This document shows positions 12,847 to 26,343 of a stretch of DNA of 64,000 bases, one piece after another; position 1 is the stretch's first letter; every line of letters starts with the position of its first letter. The position numbers and the translations under genes were made by a program. The notes beneath the pieces are model-generated. The model was not told the DNA's origin, did no database searches, and was given only the letters and a program-made list of their open reading frames with translations. Source of the stretch: Hemiscyllium ocellatum (Eukaryota); assembly GCF_020745735.1 (NCBI RefSeq), contig NC_083409.1, positions 19,302,341-19,366,340 of the forward strand, read 5' to 3'.

Positions 12847-15490
12847 TAAACAAGAGTGGTCTCAGCACGGATTCTTGTACTCCATTTTGAGAAACTCCCT
12901 TCCAGTACTAATCTCTGTCTCCTGTTGCCCAGCCTGTTCTTTATCCATCTAGCTAGTACACCCTGGACCCCATGCGACTTTAATTTCTCCATCAGGCTAC
13001 ATGGGGAATGTTATCAAACACCTTACTGAAGTCCATGTGTATGGCGTCTACAGCTCTTCCCTAATCTAACAACTTTGTCAATTCTTCAAAAAATTCTATG
13101 AAGTAGGTAAGACATGAAATTCCCTGCACAAAATCATGTTGCCTATCACTGATACATCCATTTTCTTCCAATTCAGTATCTGCCTTAACAGCTTCCCTTC
13201 CATGACGTCAGGCTCACCGCTTGATAATTACCTGGATTATCTTTGCTACTTTTCTTATACAAGGGGACAACATTAACTATTCTCCAGTCCTCTGGGATCT
13301 CACCCATGTTCAAGATTGCTACTAAGATATCTCTTAAGGCCCCAGCTATCTCCTCTCTTGCTTCCCACAGTATCCGGGGATAGATTCCATCCTGACCTGG
13401 AGACTTGTCCACCTTAATGCCTTTTAGAATACTCAACACTTTCTTGCTCCTTAAACCAACTTGACCAAGAATAATCAAACATCTATCCCCGACTTCAACG
13501 TCCATCTTTTCCTCTTCTTGGTGAACACCAAAACAAACCACTCATTAAGAATCTCTCCCATTTTCCCTGACTCCATGCATAGCATTCCTCTCTCCTTTCT
13601 CTAGTCACCCTCTTGCTCCTTATATATGAATAAAAGGCTTTGGGATTTTCCTTAACCCATTTTGCTAATGATGTTTTGTGAGCCCTTTTAGTCCTTTTAA
13701 TTCCTCATTTCAGATCGGTCCCAGTTTCCCAATATTCTTCCAAAGCTTTGCCAGTTGTCAGCCACCTAGACCTTATGTATACATCCTTTTTCCTCTTAGC
13801 TAGTCTCACAATTTCACCTGTCATCCAGGGTTCCCTAATCTTGCCATTTCAATCCCTCATTTTCACAGGGACATGTCTGTCCTGCACTCTAATCAACCTC
13901 TCTTTAAAAGCCTGCCACATATCAAATGTGGATTTACCCTCAAACAGCTGCTCCCAATCCCCAGCTCCTGCCAAATTTTGCTAAAGTTAGCCTTTCCCCC
14001 AGTTTAGCCCTCTTCCTTTCGGACCACTCTCGTCTTTGTCCATGAGCATTCTAAAACTTACAGAATTGAGATCACTGTTCCCAAAGTAATCCCCGACTGA
14101 GATTTCAACCACCTGGCTGGGCTCATTCCCCAACACCAGGTGCAGTGTGGCCCCTTCCTGAGTTGAAATATTTACGTACGATGTAAAATCCTCCTGGGTG
14201 CTCCTTCCAAATTTTGCTCTGTCTAAACCTGTAACTTTAAGTGAATCCTTGTCAATGTTGAGAAAATTAAAATCTCCCATCACCACCACCCTGTTACTCC
14301 TACATCTTCCATAATCTGTTTACATATTTGACCGCTATCTCGCGCTTGCTGTTGGGAGGACTATAGTACAGCCCCAGCATTGTTACTGTACACTTCCTGT
14401 TTCTGAGGTCTGCCCAAATTCCCCCTCTGCTGAAGTCCTCCATCGTGCCTTCCTTCAGCACAGCTGTGATATCCTCTCTGACCAGTAATGCCACTCCTCT
14501 ACCCCTTTTACCACCCTCTCGAACACATCAGATGCATCTGTATCCTGGGATATTTAGTTGCCAATCTTGCCTTTCCTTCACCCAAGTCTCAGTAATAGCA
14601 ATAACATCATACCACCAGGTACAAATCAAGCCCTGAATTCCTCTGCCTTACCTACTACACTTTTTGCATTAAAACAAATGAATCTCAGACCACCTGTCCC
14701 TTTGCGTTCATCATCTACCTATTCTTACCCTTAGTCACGCTGATTTCATTACCTAGTTCCTTACAGGCTTTAGTTACTACCTCCTTACTGTCCACTAACC
14801 TCCTCATTTGGTTCCCATCATTCTGCTACATTATTTTGAACCGTCTCCAAGACCGTGAGCAAAAGTAGGCTGGAGGACATTGGTTCCAGTCCTGCCCAGG
14901 TGCAGGCATTCTTGATTTGTAATAGTCCCACCTCCCCCAGAACCAATCCCAATGTCGCAAAAATCTGAAACCCCCCCCACTGTGCCATCTCTCAAGCCAC
15001 TAGTTCATCCTGCCTATTCTTCCCTGTCTATTCTGACTAATACACGGCACTGGTTGCAATCGTGAGATTACTACCTCTGAGGTCCTTATTTTTAATGTGG
15101 TTCCTAACTCTCTAAATTCTGTATGTTGGACCTCATCCCGTTTATTACGTATATCATTGCGGCCTACATGCACCATCACAGCTAGCTGTTCACCCTCACC
15201 CTTCAGAGCTATTCGGGAGTCTCGTTTTTGACCACAGAACCACCTATCTATTCCCCTTACAATGTCCAAATAAACCACATCCGCTGGCTCCCCCTTGTCA
15301 AATCCACTCACTACATCCTCAAACAAGTCCAGTCGATTTGTTAAACATGATTTTTCTTTTGACAATCCATGCTGACTCTGTCCAATTCTGTCACTGTTTT
15401 CTCAGTGCGAAGCTATAAAATATTTTATAATGAATTTGAGCTTTTTCTCCACTGCTGATGTCCGACTAATTGGTCCATAATTCCCTAAAG
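11870..15490 (-). mobile_element. Long, internally deleted CR1 including ORF1 esterase, APE and RT remnants
   Basis: VHVGRNDI..FRELG..VVISRL.PVP (SGNH esterase-like, ~15000-15240); VVMGDFN and GNSD.N (APE); KSPGQDGIYPRIL, NYQAVSL and FADD (RT). Confidence 0.88.
12804..12844. repeat. (TA)n microsatellite
   Basis: Perfect TA run inside a CR1 fragment. Confidence 0.95.
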
Positions 15491-15679
15491 TTAATACTCA
15501 ATGTTTCCCTTCATGGGAAAGTAAGGGCTACACAGAAAACCACTAAGTGACCACTAGGACAGGATTCAGAATGCAGGAGGATCAAAAAGCTGAATTGTAG
15601 CTATTTCAATGTAAGGAGTTTGATCAGTAATGTGGTTGAACTGAGAGCATTGAATGGCACTTGGGAATATAGAGTCATC

Positions 15680-17935
15680 GAGACATCGAGATGTACAACG
15701 TGGAAACAAACCCTTTGTTCCAACCTGTCCATGCCGACCAGATGTCCCAACCTAATCTAGTCCCACCTGCCAGCACCCGGCCCACATCCCCCCAAACCCT
15801 TTTTATTCATGTGTGCATCCAAATGCCTTTTAAATGTTGCAATTGTACCAGCCTCCACCACTTCCTCTGGCAGCTCATTCCATACATGTACCACCCTCTG
15901 CGTGAAAAAAGTTGCTCCTTGGGTCTCTTTTATATCTTTCCCCTCTCATCCTAAACCTATGCCCTCTAGTTCTGGACTCCCCAAACCCAGGGAAAAGGCT
16001 TTGTCCATTTATCCTATCCATGCCCCTCATAATTTTGTAAACCTCTATAAGGTCACCCTCAGCCTCTGCCGCTCCAGGGAAAACAGCCCCAGCCTGTTCA
16101 GCCTCTCACTTTAACTCAAATCCTCCAACCCTGGCAACATCCTAATAGCTCTTTTTTGAACCCTTTCAAGTTTCACAACAACTTTCCGATAGGAAGGAGA
16201 CCAGAATATTTCAACAGTGGCCTCACCAAAGTCCTATACAGCCACAACATGACCTCCCAACTCCTGTACTCCATACTCTGACCAATAAAGGAAAGCATAG
16301 CAAACACCTTCTTCACTATTCTATCTACCTGTGACTCCACTTTCAAGGAGTTATGAACCTGCACTCCAAGATCTCTTTGTTCAGCAACACTCTCTCGGAC
16401 CTTATCATTAAGTGTATAAGTCCTGTTAAGGTTTGCTTTCCCAAAATGCATCACCTCGCATTTATCTGAATTAAACTCCATCTGCCACTTCTCAGCCCAT
16501 TGGCCCATCTGATCAAGATCCCGTTGTCATCTGAGGTAACCTTCTTTGCTTAAAAGAAATCCCTGAAGAAGGGCTTATGCCTGAAACATCGATTCACCTG
16601 CTCCTTTGATGCTGCCTGACCTGCTGCGCTTTTCCAGCAACACATTTTAAGGTCTGATCTCCAGCATCTGCAGTCCTCACTATCTCCTAACTTTCTTTGC
16701 TGTCCACTACACCTCCAATTTTGGTGTCATCTGCAAACTGACTAACCATACCACTTATGCTATTTCATATGCTGTTGCATTGTCTTTTTGGAATATCATA
16801 TTGTTGCAATTGCTGAGACATGATTGAACAAAGATAGGACTGGCCACTCAACATTCCAGGGTAGACAAGTATGAGGTGGGATAGACAGGGTGCAAGAGAG
16901 GTGGGTGTGTTGCATCATTGATAAAAGAAACCATGACTGCAGTATTGCTACTGAAGGAGCATTTCTTGGAAGGGTCTTCAAATGACGCCATCTGGGTAGA
17001 GCTAGACAAAAGGACAATTACTTTGCTGGGATTATACTACAGGTTCCCCAATAGTCAGATGGAGAGAGAGGAGCAGATATGTTGGCAAATCACTGAGAGG
17101 CGTGAGAGAAATAGGGCTATATTAGCAAGGAATTTCAACTTCTCTAACATAAATTTAATGTTTGACTTCATGTGAATGGAATTTTTAAAGTCCAACCAGG
17201 AGAGCTTTTAGTGCCAGTACGTAGATAGTCCCACTAGACATGGGCAGTGCTGGGCTCAATCCGAGGTAATGTCAAATTGTTGAAGAGTCAATGGGTGAGT
17301 ATTTTGGAGATAGTGAACATAACTCCGTACGTTTCCTAATTATTATGGAAAGGAATAAGGGTAGCACAGAAGTAAAGTGTCTAAAGTGAGGCAAGGCTAA
17401 TTTCAATTTCATTAGACAGGATCTGGCAAACATAGACTGGGATCAGTTACTTGGAGGTCAGTCTACATTTGGAAAGTGGGGATCTTTTTAATGTAGTTCA
17501 GGGCCAGCTTAGAAAGAAAGGCAAGGACAGCTGCTCCTGATGTCCTGGATGTCAAAGGACATGGATAGTTTGTGAAAGAAAAAGGAATAAGCACATACCA
17601 AGTACAGAGCATCAAAAAGAGGGGAGGCCCTTCAGGAGAAGAGAAAGTGTAGAGAGGTGTTTAAAAAATAGGAGGACAAAGAGGAGTCATAAAATATCTT
17701 TGGCAGCCTGATCCCCTCACCCCAGAATACTTAGGAAAGTGGCATTAGAAAGAATAGATGCACTCGTCGTCATCGTTCAGAAATCTAGACTCAGGAGCAG
17801 TTCCTATGGACTGGAAAGTGGCTAACATAACCCCACTATTTAAGAAGGAAGACAGAGAGAACACAGTGGTTTTTGTCAATCGTTTAGCTTGACATCAGTA
17901 GTGGGAGAAGTACAGGAGTCCATTATAAAAGATGC
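15680..17935. mobile_element. CR1 fragments (15680-16790 -, 16800-17935 +)
   Basis: QWAEKWQMEFNSDKCEVMHFG; LGLYYR.PNS; NFNF motifs. Confidence 0.88.
16551..16687 (+). mobile_element. 137-bp PLE-derived element with degenerate hammerhead, inserted in a CR1
   Basis: TSD TAACCTTCTTTGCT (16537-16550) / TAACTTTCTTTGCT (16688-16701). CUGAAGA-A-GGGC-UUAU-GCCU-GAAAC-AUC-GAUUC at 16563-16595. Confidence 0.78.
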
Positions 17936-18899
17936 GCAGCAAATGTTATTGTAACCTGTACCTTATGAACCGGCATTCTTGATAAACCGGCAAAAGTTAT
18001 ATCCCTCAAATGCTGCAAAGTTTAATATATCATTCTGTCCAATTATTATACATTTATAATTTATTAACTTCAGTGTAAATATACATGTTTTTCAATTGAA
18101 CGGCAACATGAAATACCAACAGTTGATTCAATTTCGAGTCAATTTCTCCTCAAACACAGCGACCTGCCGCGATGCCTGGGTAATCAGTTGCGAGTGTGAG
18201 TGAGAAGGATATGGGGAGAAAGTGGGCTATTCTAGATACAAAGCATTGCTGACCACAATCATCATCTAGTGGCCTGCTGGGTGTAGCTTGTCAGGAGCTG
18301 AACAAGAAAGAAAGAGTCATTAAGCTGAACAAGAAAGTTTGCAATTAAAGATGCCCAAGTTAAGTACATAAATCACATACTGAGAGCAAAAGGATTTGCC
18401 TGGATTCTGGAAAGGTAAGAGCGGTGGCAGTGATGTGGTGACTGACAGATGTGAAAACAGTGTAAGGGTTTGTTGGATTCGTCAAATATGAAGTGCCAAT
18501 TTCTAATTAGAGTGACAATCATGATGCTAGCCAACTATTCCCATCCCAACTGCTGGTATTATTGGACAACACAGATCTCAGACTGAAACAAACCCCAAAA
18601 CTACTGAAGAAATGCAGTTGGTCTGCAGCATCTGTCGAGCATAAGTACTCAATGCTGATGATTTAGTTTGAATAATAAGACCTCAGTGCACAAAAGAAAT
18701 GAAGATAAAATAAAACATAGTGACATAAAACGCAATTTCAAAAGATTTCAAAGCATTGCAAAATAAAATCCTTTCTATTCTAACATTATTGCTTTATTGT
18801 ACTTAAATAACAGGGAGAAGGGGTTCATTTCTCTATCGTATCTTTAGGTTTAACTTTACTCTATTTTTCATTTCATTGCCTTTAAAGTTTGATTGCCTT

Positions 18900-21635
18900 T
18901 TCCTTGATTAATACTTTGCTGGCCACAGGTGAAGTGTCAGACTGGAGGATTGTCAATGTGGTTCCTTTGTTCAAGAAGGGCAGCAGGGATAGGCCAGGCA
19001 ATTACAGACCAGTTAGTCCGATGTCATTGTCAGGGCAATTGTTAGAAAAAGTCCTGAAGTACAGGATTAAGCAATACTTGGAGAGGAGGGATGCCAGTAT
19101 TGATTTGTTTGACAAAGGCCCCACATGGAAGGCTGGTCCAGATGGTCAGAGCTCATGGGATCCAAGGCAAGTTGACAAGTTGATGGTGAAGGGTTGTCTT
19201 AGTAATTGGAAGCCTTGACCAGTGGTGTATGACAGGAATTGGGGCTGAGACCCTTTCTGTTTGTAATGTACCTTAATGAATTGACTGTGATTGTACAATT
19301 AGGAAGTTTTCAGATGCCACATAAAGTGGTGGTATTGTTGATATTGATTTGATTTTTATTTTATTGTTACATGGACTCAAGTACAAAAGTATTGGAGTAC
19401 AGTGAAAAGTATCTGATGTCACCTTGTAAGGAGCCATCTTAGGTACAAGGACCGAGATACAGAATCTTAAGACAAGTTAGAAAGAAAGAATAAATTTAAA
19501 AATTACACGTTACAGACTTATTGACCTTTTTAATTTTAAGAAGAAAATAAATAAATAAATCTGGAAGTTCAATCATTACACTTTCTTAAGTGCTTAGCTA
19601 CCGTGGGATCATCCTTTGAATCATCACTTCAAGACCGGAAGGCAAACTGAGGCTGTGCTGGGCCGAAAGACCACTTTATACAGCAAAAGACCACCCTGTG
19701 GGTCGAGAGACAACCACGCTGGGCCATTGAGAGATCGCCATGCTAGGCCGAGAGTTCATCACGCTGGAGTGACAGTCGAGCATTCTGAGCCGAGAGGCCT
19801 CCACATTAATCTGAGAGTCCAACACGTCAGACCGAGAGTCTGCCTCACCGAGCTGGGAGGTCTCTCTGCCAGGTCAGGACTCTGCCACACCAAGTCAAGA
19901 GGCTGCAACACTGGGGCTGCACTGGTCAGAGGCCTGGAGAGTGAGGCTGGGAGTCCGTGGCTGGGAGAGAAAAGAAGAGAGAATGACAAAAGAAAAACAC
20001 AGAAGAAAATCAAAACCAGTGGAAGAAAAAGCAGAAAAGGAAACAGACGGAGCAGATGAACATGGTCTGAAGTGTCCTACTCTGCTGCCATCTTGGATTA
20101 CTGGGGCTCAGGCTACAGTCTGATATTGATCAGCTGGTAATTGGGCAGAACAATGGCAGATGGAATTTAATCCTGATAAATGTGAGGTGGTCCAATTTGG
20201 GAGGTTTAATAAGGGAAGGATATACACAATGAAAGTTATGTGCCTTGAGTGTCCTTATGAATGAATCACAGAGGGTTGGTCTGCAGGTACAACAAGCAAT
20301 TCGGAAGGCAAATGGAATTTTGTCCTTCATTGCTAAAGGGATTGAGTTTAAAAAACAGAAGAGGTTATGTTGCAGCTGTACAGGATGTTGGTGAGGCCAC
20401 ACTTGGAGTACTTTGTAGAGTTTTGGTCTCCTTACTTGAGAAAGGATATACTGGCACTAGAAGGGGTGCAGAGAAGGTTGATTCCAAGGTTGAGGGTGTT
20501 GGCTTATGAGGAGAGACTGAGTAGACTGGCATTGGAACTTAGAAGAATGAGGGGGATCTTATAGAAGCATATAAAATTATGAAGAGAATAGATAAGACTG
20601 AAGTAGAGAGAATATTTCCATTGGCAGTCCTTGCCCAGTGAAGTAGTTGATGCTACTTCAGAAACATTTTTAAAGCTCAGATTTTTTTTTGAAAAATAAA
20701 GGAATTAAGAGATAAGATGAAAGCGCAGGTAAATGGAGTTGAGTCCAGGAAAAGATCAGTCATGATCATATTGCTCAGTGCAGCAGGCTCCAAGGGCCAG
20801 ACGGCCTACTCCTGCTCCTAGTTCTTATGTTCTTATGTTCCTTGGGAGTAGTGAGGAATGAAGGCCCGGAATGAATAATTGCCTGGCCTATCCCTGCTGC
20901 CCTTCTTGAACAAGTCCATCGATCCCGGAAGGTATCAGCACAGCTGGACAGGGTGGTGAAGAAGGCATATGGGATGCTTGCCATCATTGGCCAGGGTGTA
21001 GAATATAGGAGTAAGGAAGTCTCATTGTTAATTTACAGAGCATTGGTTAGGCCATATCTGGAACACTATATACATATCACTGTTGGAAAAACATGATTGG
21101 ACTGGAGAGGGTGGAGAGGAGAATCACCAGGATGTAGCTTGGGATGAAAAGTGTTAGTTTGAGGAGAGAGACTGGAGCAACTGGGTTTGTTTCCTCTGGA
21201 GCAGAGGAAGCATGGCGGTGGGTGGGGTATGGGGGGGCGTGGTGGTGGAAGGGGGTGTTAATCTGATTAAGGTATCCAATATTCTGAGGGACATAGATAA
21301 AGTCAATTGTGATCATCTTTTCTCCACGGCAGACATGTCTATGACCAGAGGGAATAAGCTTAATATGATGAAAAAGTGGTTGAGAGAGGAATTGAGGATT
21401 TTTGTTTTTCCCCAGAGGGTGGTAGAAATATGGAATGTGCTGCTTGAGAAGGTGATGGAGGTAGCTCCTTTCACAACATTGAAAACATATCCAGTTGAGC
21501 ACATAAAATGCCAGGGCATGGAAGGCTATGGACCAAGTGCAGGTAAATGGGATTAGTGTAGTTTGATGTTTATGGATCAGCATCGACATGATGGGCAGAA
21601 GGGCCTGTTTGTTTTTTGTATGACTCTATGACTAT
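18900..21635. mobile_element. CR1 fragments (18900-19330 +, 20120-20840 +, 20900-21635 +) and a putative non-autonomous LINE derivative (19330-20105 -)
   Basis: DWRIVNVVPLFKKGSRD.PGNYRPVS and LVRPHLEY. The 19.3-20.1 kb element begins CCAAGATGGCAGC on - strand and ends in an A-rich tail. Confidence 0.75.
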
Positions 21636-21959
21636 GAAGAGAAGGGGGTAAGAATATATTCCACTTCCATTGTATAAAGTACAACTGGAATGTGATTTGT
21701 TATCAGGGGAAGTAATTGCTGGAGTGGGAAAACATTCCCTGTTGAGGGAGTCGATTGCCTTCTGGGAAAGTTTTGTCAGGACTAAAGGCAGTAGCTTCCC
21801 CGATAATTACAGAATATCCAAAGGAGGGCCAAGAAACAGAACAATGATAGGAACAGGTTCCTGGTCTCTCTCCTTCGTGTGAGGTAACCAGGGCAATGGT
21901 TAAACAAAATCCATCAATAAGGGTTGATGTCTCACCACAGCAAGTGAAAGGATCGCTGA

Positions 21960-22340
21960 AACTTTCCGAAAGTGTGAAGATAATCCAGGTGGAGTGGTTG
22001 GTATGATGTCACTAATTACAGCAGATCCAAAAAGCAGATCCTGAATGAAATAAATGAGCACAGTCAGCTCATACTGAGGTCGAGGCTGGAGAGGTTTCAG
22101 AATGCTATTATCTTCAGAATGGAGCGCTGATGAGGAAGTGGAGGCTCCCCCTCATAGACTCCCAGATGAAGAATGGTCGGTTAGACAGTGGCTCGTGGTA
22201 CCACCCAGCTATCAGAAGGAGATATTGTGAGGAGCACATCAGATTTCCATGACAGGACCATGGGGATTTGAAAAACATAGGTGTCCAAAATCAGGTGTTT
22301 TATTGAGCCAAAATTATATGAAGATGTAGTGCAGTTTTAT
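21960..22340 (+). mobile_element. Gypsy LTR retrotransposon integrase zinc-finger region remnant
   Basis: YYLQNGALMRKWR...VVPPSYQKEIL..AH...GI.KT...PKLYEDVVQF pattern with frameshifts. Confidence 0.65.
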
Positions 22341-23010
22341 AAATATATCATACTTGAACTCATCTTTACCGATCTGCCAAATGCAGATGCATCTGTCCAC
22401 GAAAGTACCAGTAAGGGTGACCACCGCACAGTCCTTGTGAAGACCAACACCCGCCTTCATATTGAGAATAGTTTCCATCGTGTTGTGTGACACTATCACC
22501 ATGCTAACTGGGACAGAACTACAACTGATCTCACAACTCATGACTGGGCATCCATGAGGCACTGTGGGCCATCAGCAACAGCAGAATTGTGCTCCAGCCC
22601 CGACTCGACCATTATCATCAAACCAGGGGATCAACACTGGTTCAATGGAGAATTCAAAAGGGCATGCCAGGAGCAGCACTAGTCATTCATCAAGATGAGG
22701 TATTTACCTGGTGAAACCACCAAACAGGACTACTTGCATGCCAAGCAGCACAAGCAACAAGTGACAGACAGTATTAGACACCCCACAACCAATGGATCAG
22801 GTCTAAGTTCTGCAGTCCTGTCACATCCAGTTATGAGTGCTTGTGGACGATTAAGCATCTCACTGGATGAGCGGGTTCCACCAATATCCCCATCCTCAAT
22901 GATGGAAGAGTTCAACACATCAGGGCAAAAGATAAGGCTGAAGCTTTTGCAGAAATCTTCAGCCAGAAGTCCTGAGTGGATGATCCATCTTGGCCTGCTC
23001 CAGTGGTCCT
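22340..23010 (+). mobile_element. Non-CR1 LINE APE C-terminal fragment
   Basis: LELIFTDLPNADASVHESTSKGDHRTVLVKT. Confidence 0.65.
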
Positions 23011-23014
23011 CAGT

Positions 23015-23326
23015 GGGCGGCACGGTGGTACAGTGGTTAGCACTGCTGCCTCGCAGCGCCTGAGACCCGGGTTCAATTCCCGACTGAGGCGACTGACTGT
23101 GTGGAGTTTGCACGTTCTCCCCGTGTCTGCGTGGGTTTCCACCGGGTGCTCCGGTTTCCTCCCACAGTCCAAGATGTGCAGGTCAGGTGAATTGGCCGTG
23201 CTAAATTGCCCGTACTGTTAGGTAAGGGATAGGTGTCGGGGTATGGGTGGGTTGCGCTTCGGCGGGTCGGTGTGGACTTGTTGGCCCAAAGGGCCTGTTT
23301 CCACACTGTAAGTAATCTAATCTAAT
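23015..23326 (+). mobile_element. V-SINE (HE1-like), young full-length copy
   Basis: Near-identical to 10703-11012, with a TAATCTAATCTAATC tail. Confidence 0.9.
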
Positions 23327-24106
23327 CAGACATGATGGGCCGAATGGCCTAACGCTGCACTGATACATTGTCTTTAAAAGATACACTTAGGTGTCCCACA
23401 TTAATCGAACATGATGTGGATGTAGGTTAATCAGACCCAATAAAACAAAACCCATTTTAGTTAAAACCAGAGAAAACAAGCCAAAGTAACAAATGAAGCT
23501 CAATATTTGTTGGAGAATCAATTGATTGAGCTGTCAGAGTAATTGGAGTTCTCTTGTGTAGGATTAAGCAAAAGTCAGTATCATCTAAAACCCTAGATTT
23601 TTTTTTTAAATGGCTGTCTGGAACTATTGTTCTGCCTGGAATTCCAGTTCACATCTCAACTCTGAAAGGGACACCAACTAGAACACATTCTCTTGACTGA
23701 AACTAACTTTTACAACTTCGGCCTACTAGCACACACTATCAACAAGCAGCTTTAGAACCAAGAACCACAGAGGCCGAACGGAGAAGCTGAATCCAGACAC
23801 CAAACCAAGAGCATCATCTTAACAAAGGACACCCAAGAGTGGGAACACCAAACAAATGCTCTCTGAATAAGACCTTCCAGACACAGGTCTGTTCTGAGCC
23901 AAGAGAACCGACAGTGAGAACCGAAGCAACAGGACACATTTTAAACCTGTACTTTCCTCAGTGGTGAGCTGAAAATCCTGAGACCTGAAAGTTTCCCTCT
24001 GAGCTCGCAGGGAGGGGATGGTGGGTGATGACAATGCATTCGGACCCCAAGGGTAGGAAGCCTGATTAAAGTTTCTGTGATTAAAACTGTTTCGCTTGTA
24101 ATTGTA

Positions 24107-24772
24107 GAAAGTGAGGACTGCAGATGCTGGAGATTAGAGGTGAAAAGTGTGGCACTGGAAAAGCACAGCAGGTCTGAGAAACAGGAGAAATGACTTTTTG
24201 GGCATAAGCCCTTCATCAGGAATGTAGTGAGGGGGACAGTGGAGGACAGAATGTTTCAGGGAATATCTCTGGACACACGCACTAAATAACCCCACTGCCC
24301 TGTGACCGGCCACTTCAACTCCCACTCTCACTCTGCCAAAGACATGCAAAGACATGCTGGACCTAGTCCACTGCCAAATCGAAGCTATCCAATGACTGGA
24401 GGAAGAATGCCTCACCCTTCGCCTTGGGACCCTCCAACTACACCACATCAACATTGACCTCATCAGTCTCCTCATCTTGCCTTTCTCCACCTCAACCCAC
24501 ATCCAACCCTGCAATCAGCCTTCCAACCTATCCTTTCCACCCTCCTCTCCACTCTATCACTATCACCCCTCACCTGTAGCTGCCTATCGCCTTCCAAGCT
24601 ACCTTCCCTCCACCCCCACCCCCACCGTCCTATTTGTCTCCCAGCCCCCATCCCCCAGCCTCAACATACCTGATGAAGGGATTATGCCCAAAACATCAAT
24701 TCTTGTTTTCCTCAAATGCTGCCTGACCTGTTGTGCTTTTCCAATACCACACTTTTCGACTCTAACTTCTAA
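24107..24772. mobile_element. Penelope-like element fragment: inverted pLTR + GIY-YIG C-terminal remnant + pLTR
   Basis: Degraded PVTGHFNSHSHS..DM..LEEECLTLRLGTLQ..INID on + strand. Degenerate hammerheads at 24188-24224 (-) and 24666-24700 (+). Confidence 0.75.
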
Positions 24773-25129
24773 TAGTGTTTAACCAGTGTTTAATTTGAAA
24801 GTATATTTAATTACTTTCCTGTGCATAATTTTGCAACACTTCTAACAGTGTATTTTATTACTGTCTTCCATATAATTGATAGTGTTAATTTGATTGTTTA
24901 TTACATTTGCATTTGTTCTTGTATTATACGTACCTTCTGTATTGAATCAACACAGAGATTCTTTTGCTCTGAAACACCTGTCTACTGCTTTCTTCATTTG
25001 ACATTTTAAAATAAGTGCAGAGGCAGAACCAGGGATCTGGGGGTGATTCAAATCACCTAAATATCAGCGAACTACTGATCACAAACTAGACAGACTACCC
25101 TGATTGAACTGTTAAGAGTAATTGGAATT

Positions 25130-25400
25130 CTCTTGTTTGGTTCCTCAGCCAGATGTTTCACTTAGATTCTGTGTACACTGTAGGAAAGTGAATGTAGTCA
25201 CAAAGATGGATTTGTATCCTATTCCCAGGTCAGAAGATTGCTTTGATAGGATGGGTAGTGCGTCATTCTTATCAAAAATTGATTTGTTGAAAGGATATTG
25301 ACAAGTATCGCTGACAATAAGAGTGAAGGAAATTTCTGCCTTTGCTGCATTCTGGATCTTTGTACACAATGGAAAACTCAAATACTTTCCAAATATGTTG
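25130..25400 (+). mobile_element. Gypsy RT fragment
   Basis: LRFCVHCRKVNVVTKMDLYPIPRSEDCFDRMGSASFLSKIDLLKGY*QV. Confidence 0.78.
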
Positions 25401-25786
25401 GGATGACAGGATATAGACTGAGAGCAGCACTGAAGAAAATTAGTTTTATTAAGGAAATGGTTTTGGAAAATTTATGGGATTAAAGTTTGATAAATCCGCA
25501 GGGACCAAGAACCTAAATTTCAGATTACTTCAGGAATTGCCCAAAAACTTTGGGAACATTAGTGTTCAAGATTTAACATTTAAAGCTATGGCCCTTGTGT
25601 TGGAAAGTTGGATGACTGCAGGTTTAGTGTGGTTTGGCTGGTACAGGTACAATGGATCGAAGGGCCTCTTTTGTACTGTGTGATTTTATGATTGTATTGT
25701 GTGCAGTTTTGGTTTCCTTATCTGAGGAAGGATGTTCTGGCTATGGAGGAAGGACCGCAAAGGTTTACCAGACTGATTCCTGGGAT

Positions 25787-26343
25787 TTAAAGTCTGGTTG
25801 AAGATTTGTAGCTCGGGTGTCCGTTGTTGTAACTCTGTTCGCCGAGCTGGAAGTTTTTGCTGCAAACGTTTCGTTCCCTGGCTAGTGCTATTGGAGCCAC
25901 CTGTGAAGCGCTGCTTTGATGTTTCTTCCGGTATTTATAGTGGTTTGTTCTTGCCGCTTCCGGGTGTCAGTTTCAGCTGTAGTAGTTTGTATGTGGGGTC
26001 CAGGTTGATGTGTCTGTTGATGGATCTTCTTGCCGTTTCCAGGTGTCAGTTTCAGCTGTAGTGGTTTGTATATGGGGTCCAGGTCAGACACATAGACCTG
26101 GACCCCATATACAAACCACTACAGCTGAGACTGACACCCGGAAACGGCAAGAAGATCCATCAACAGACACATCAACCTGGACCCCACATACAAACTACTA
26201 CAGCTGAAACTGACACCCGGAAGCGGCAAGAACAAACCACTATAAATACCGGAAGAAACATCAAAGCAGCGCTTCACAGGAGGCTCCAATAGCACTGATG
26301 ATGTTCCCTAGCCAGGGAACGAAACGTTTGCAGCAAAAACTTC
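25787..26343. mobile_element. Penelope-like element 3' remnant in foldback (inverted pLTR) configuration
   Basis: 14-bp TSD CTGATTCCTGGGAT (25773-25786 and 26344-26357). Arms 25849-26085 and 26095-26344 are near-perfect reverse complements with a 9-nt loop. Internal ~78-bp duplication. DLDPIYKPL resembles a PLE ORF C-terminus. Confidence 0.85.
26292..26331 (+). ncRNA. Minimal type I hammerhead ribozyme, apparently intact
   Basis: Stem I GCA/UGC; CUGAUGA (26295-26301); extra U; stem II GUUCCCU/AGGGAAC with AGCC loop; GAAA; palindromic AACGUU stem III; GUU cleavage triplet. Confidence 0.8.

Noticed and set aside
18290-18420. Possible exon (AG...AAG|GTAAGA)
   Set aside because: Stops in all frames and no recognisable homology.
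19616-20059. 147-aa and 84-aa overlapping ORFs
   Set aside because: They lie within a repeat-like element, with biased composition and no recognisable domain.
23015-23090. tRNA genes
   Set aside because: The tRNA-like sequences are SINE heads followed by V-domain bodies.
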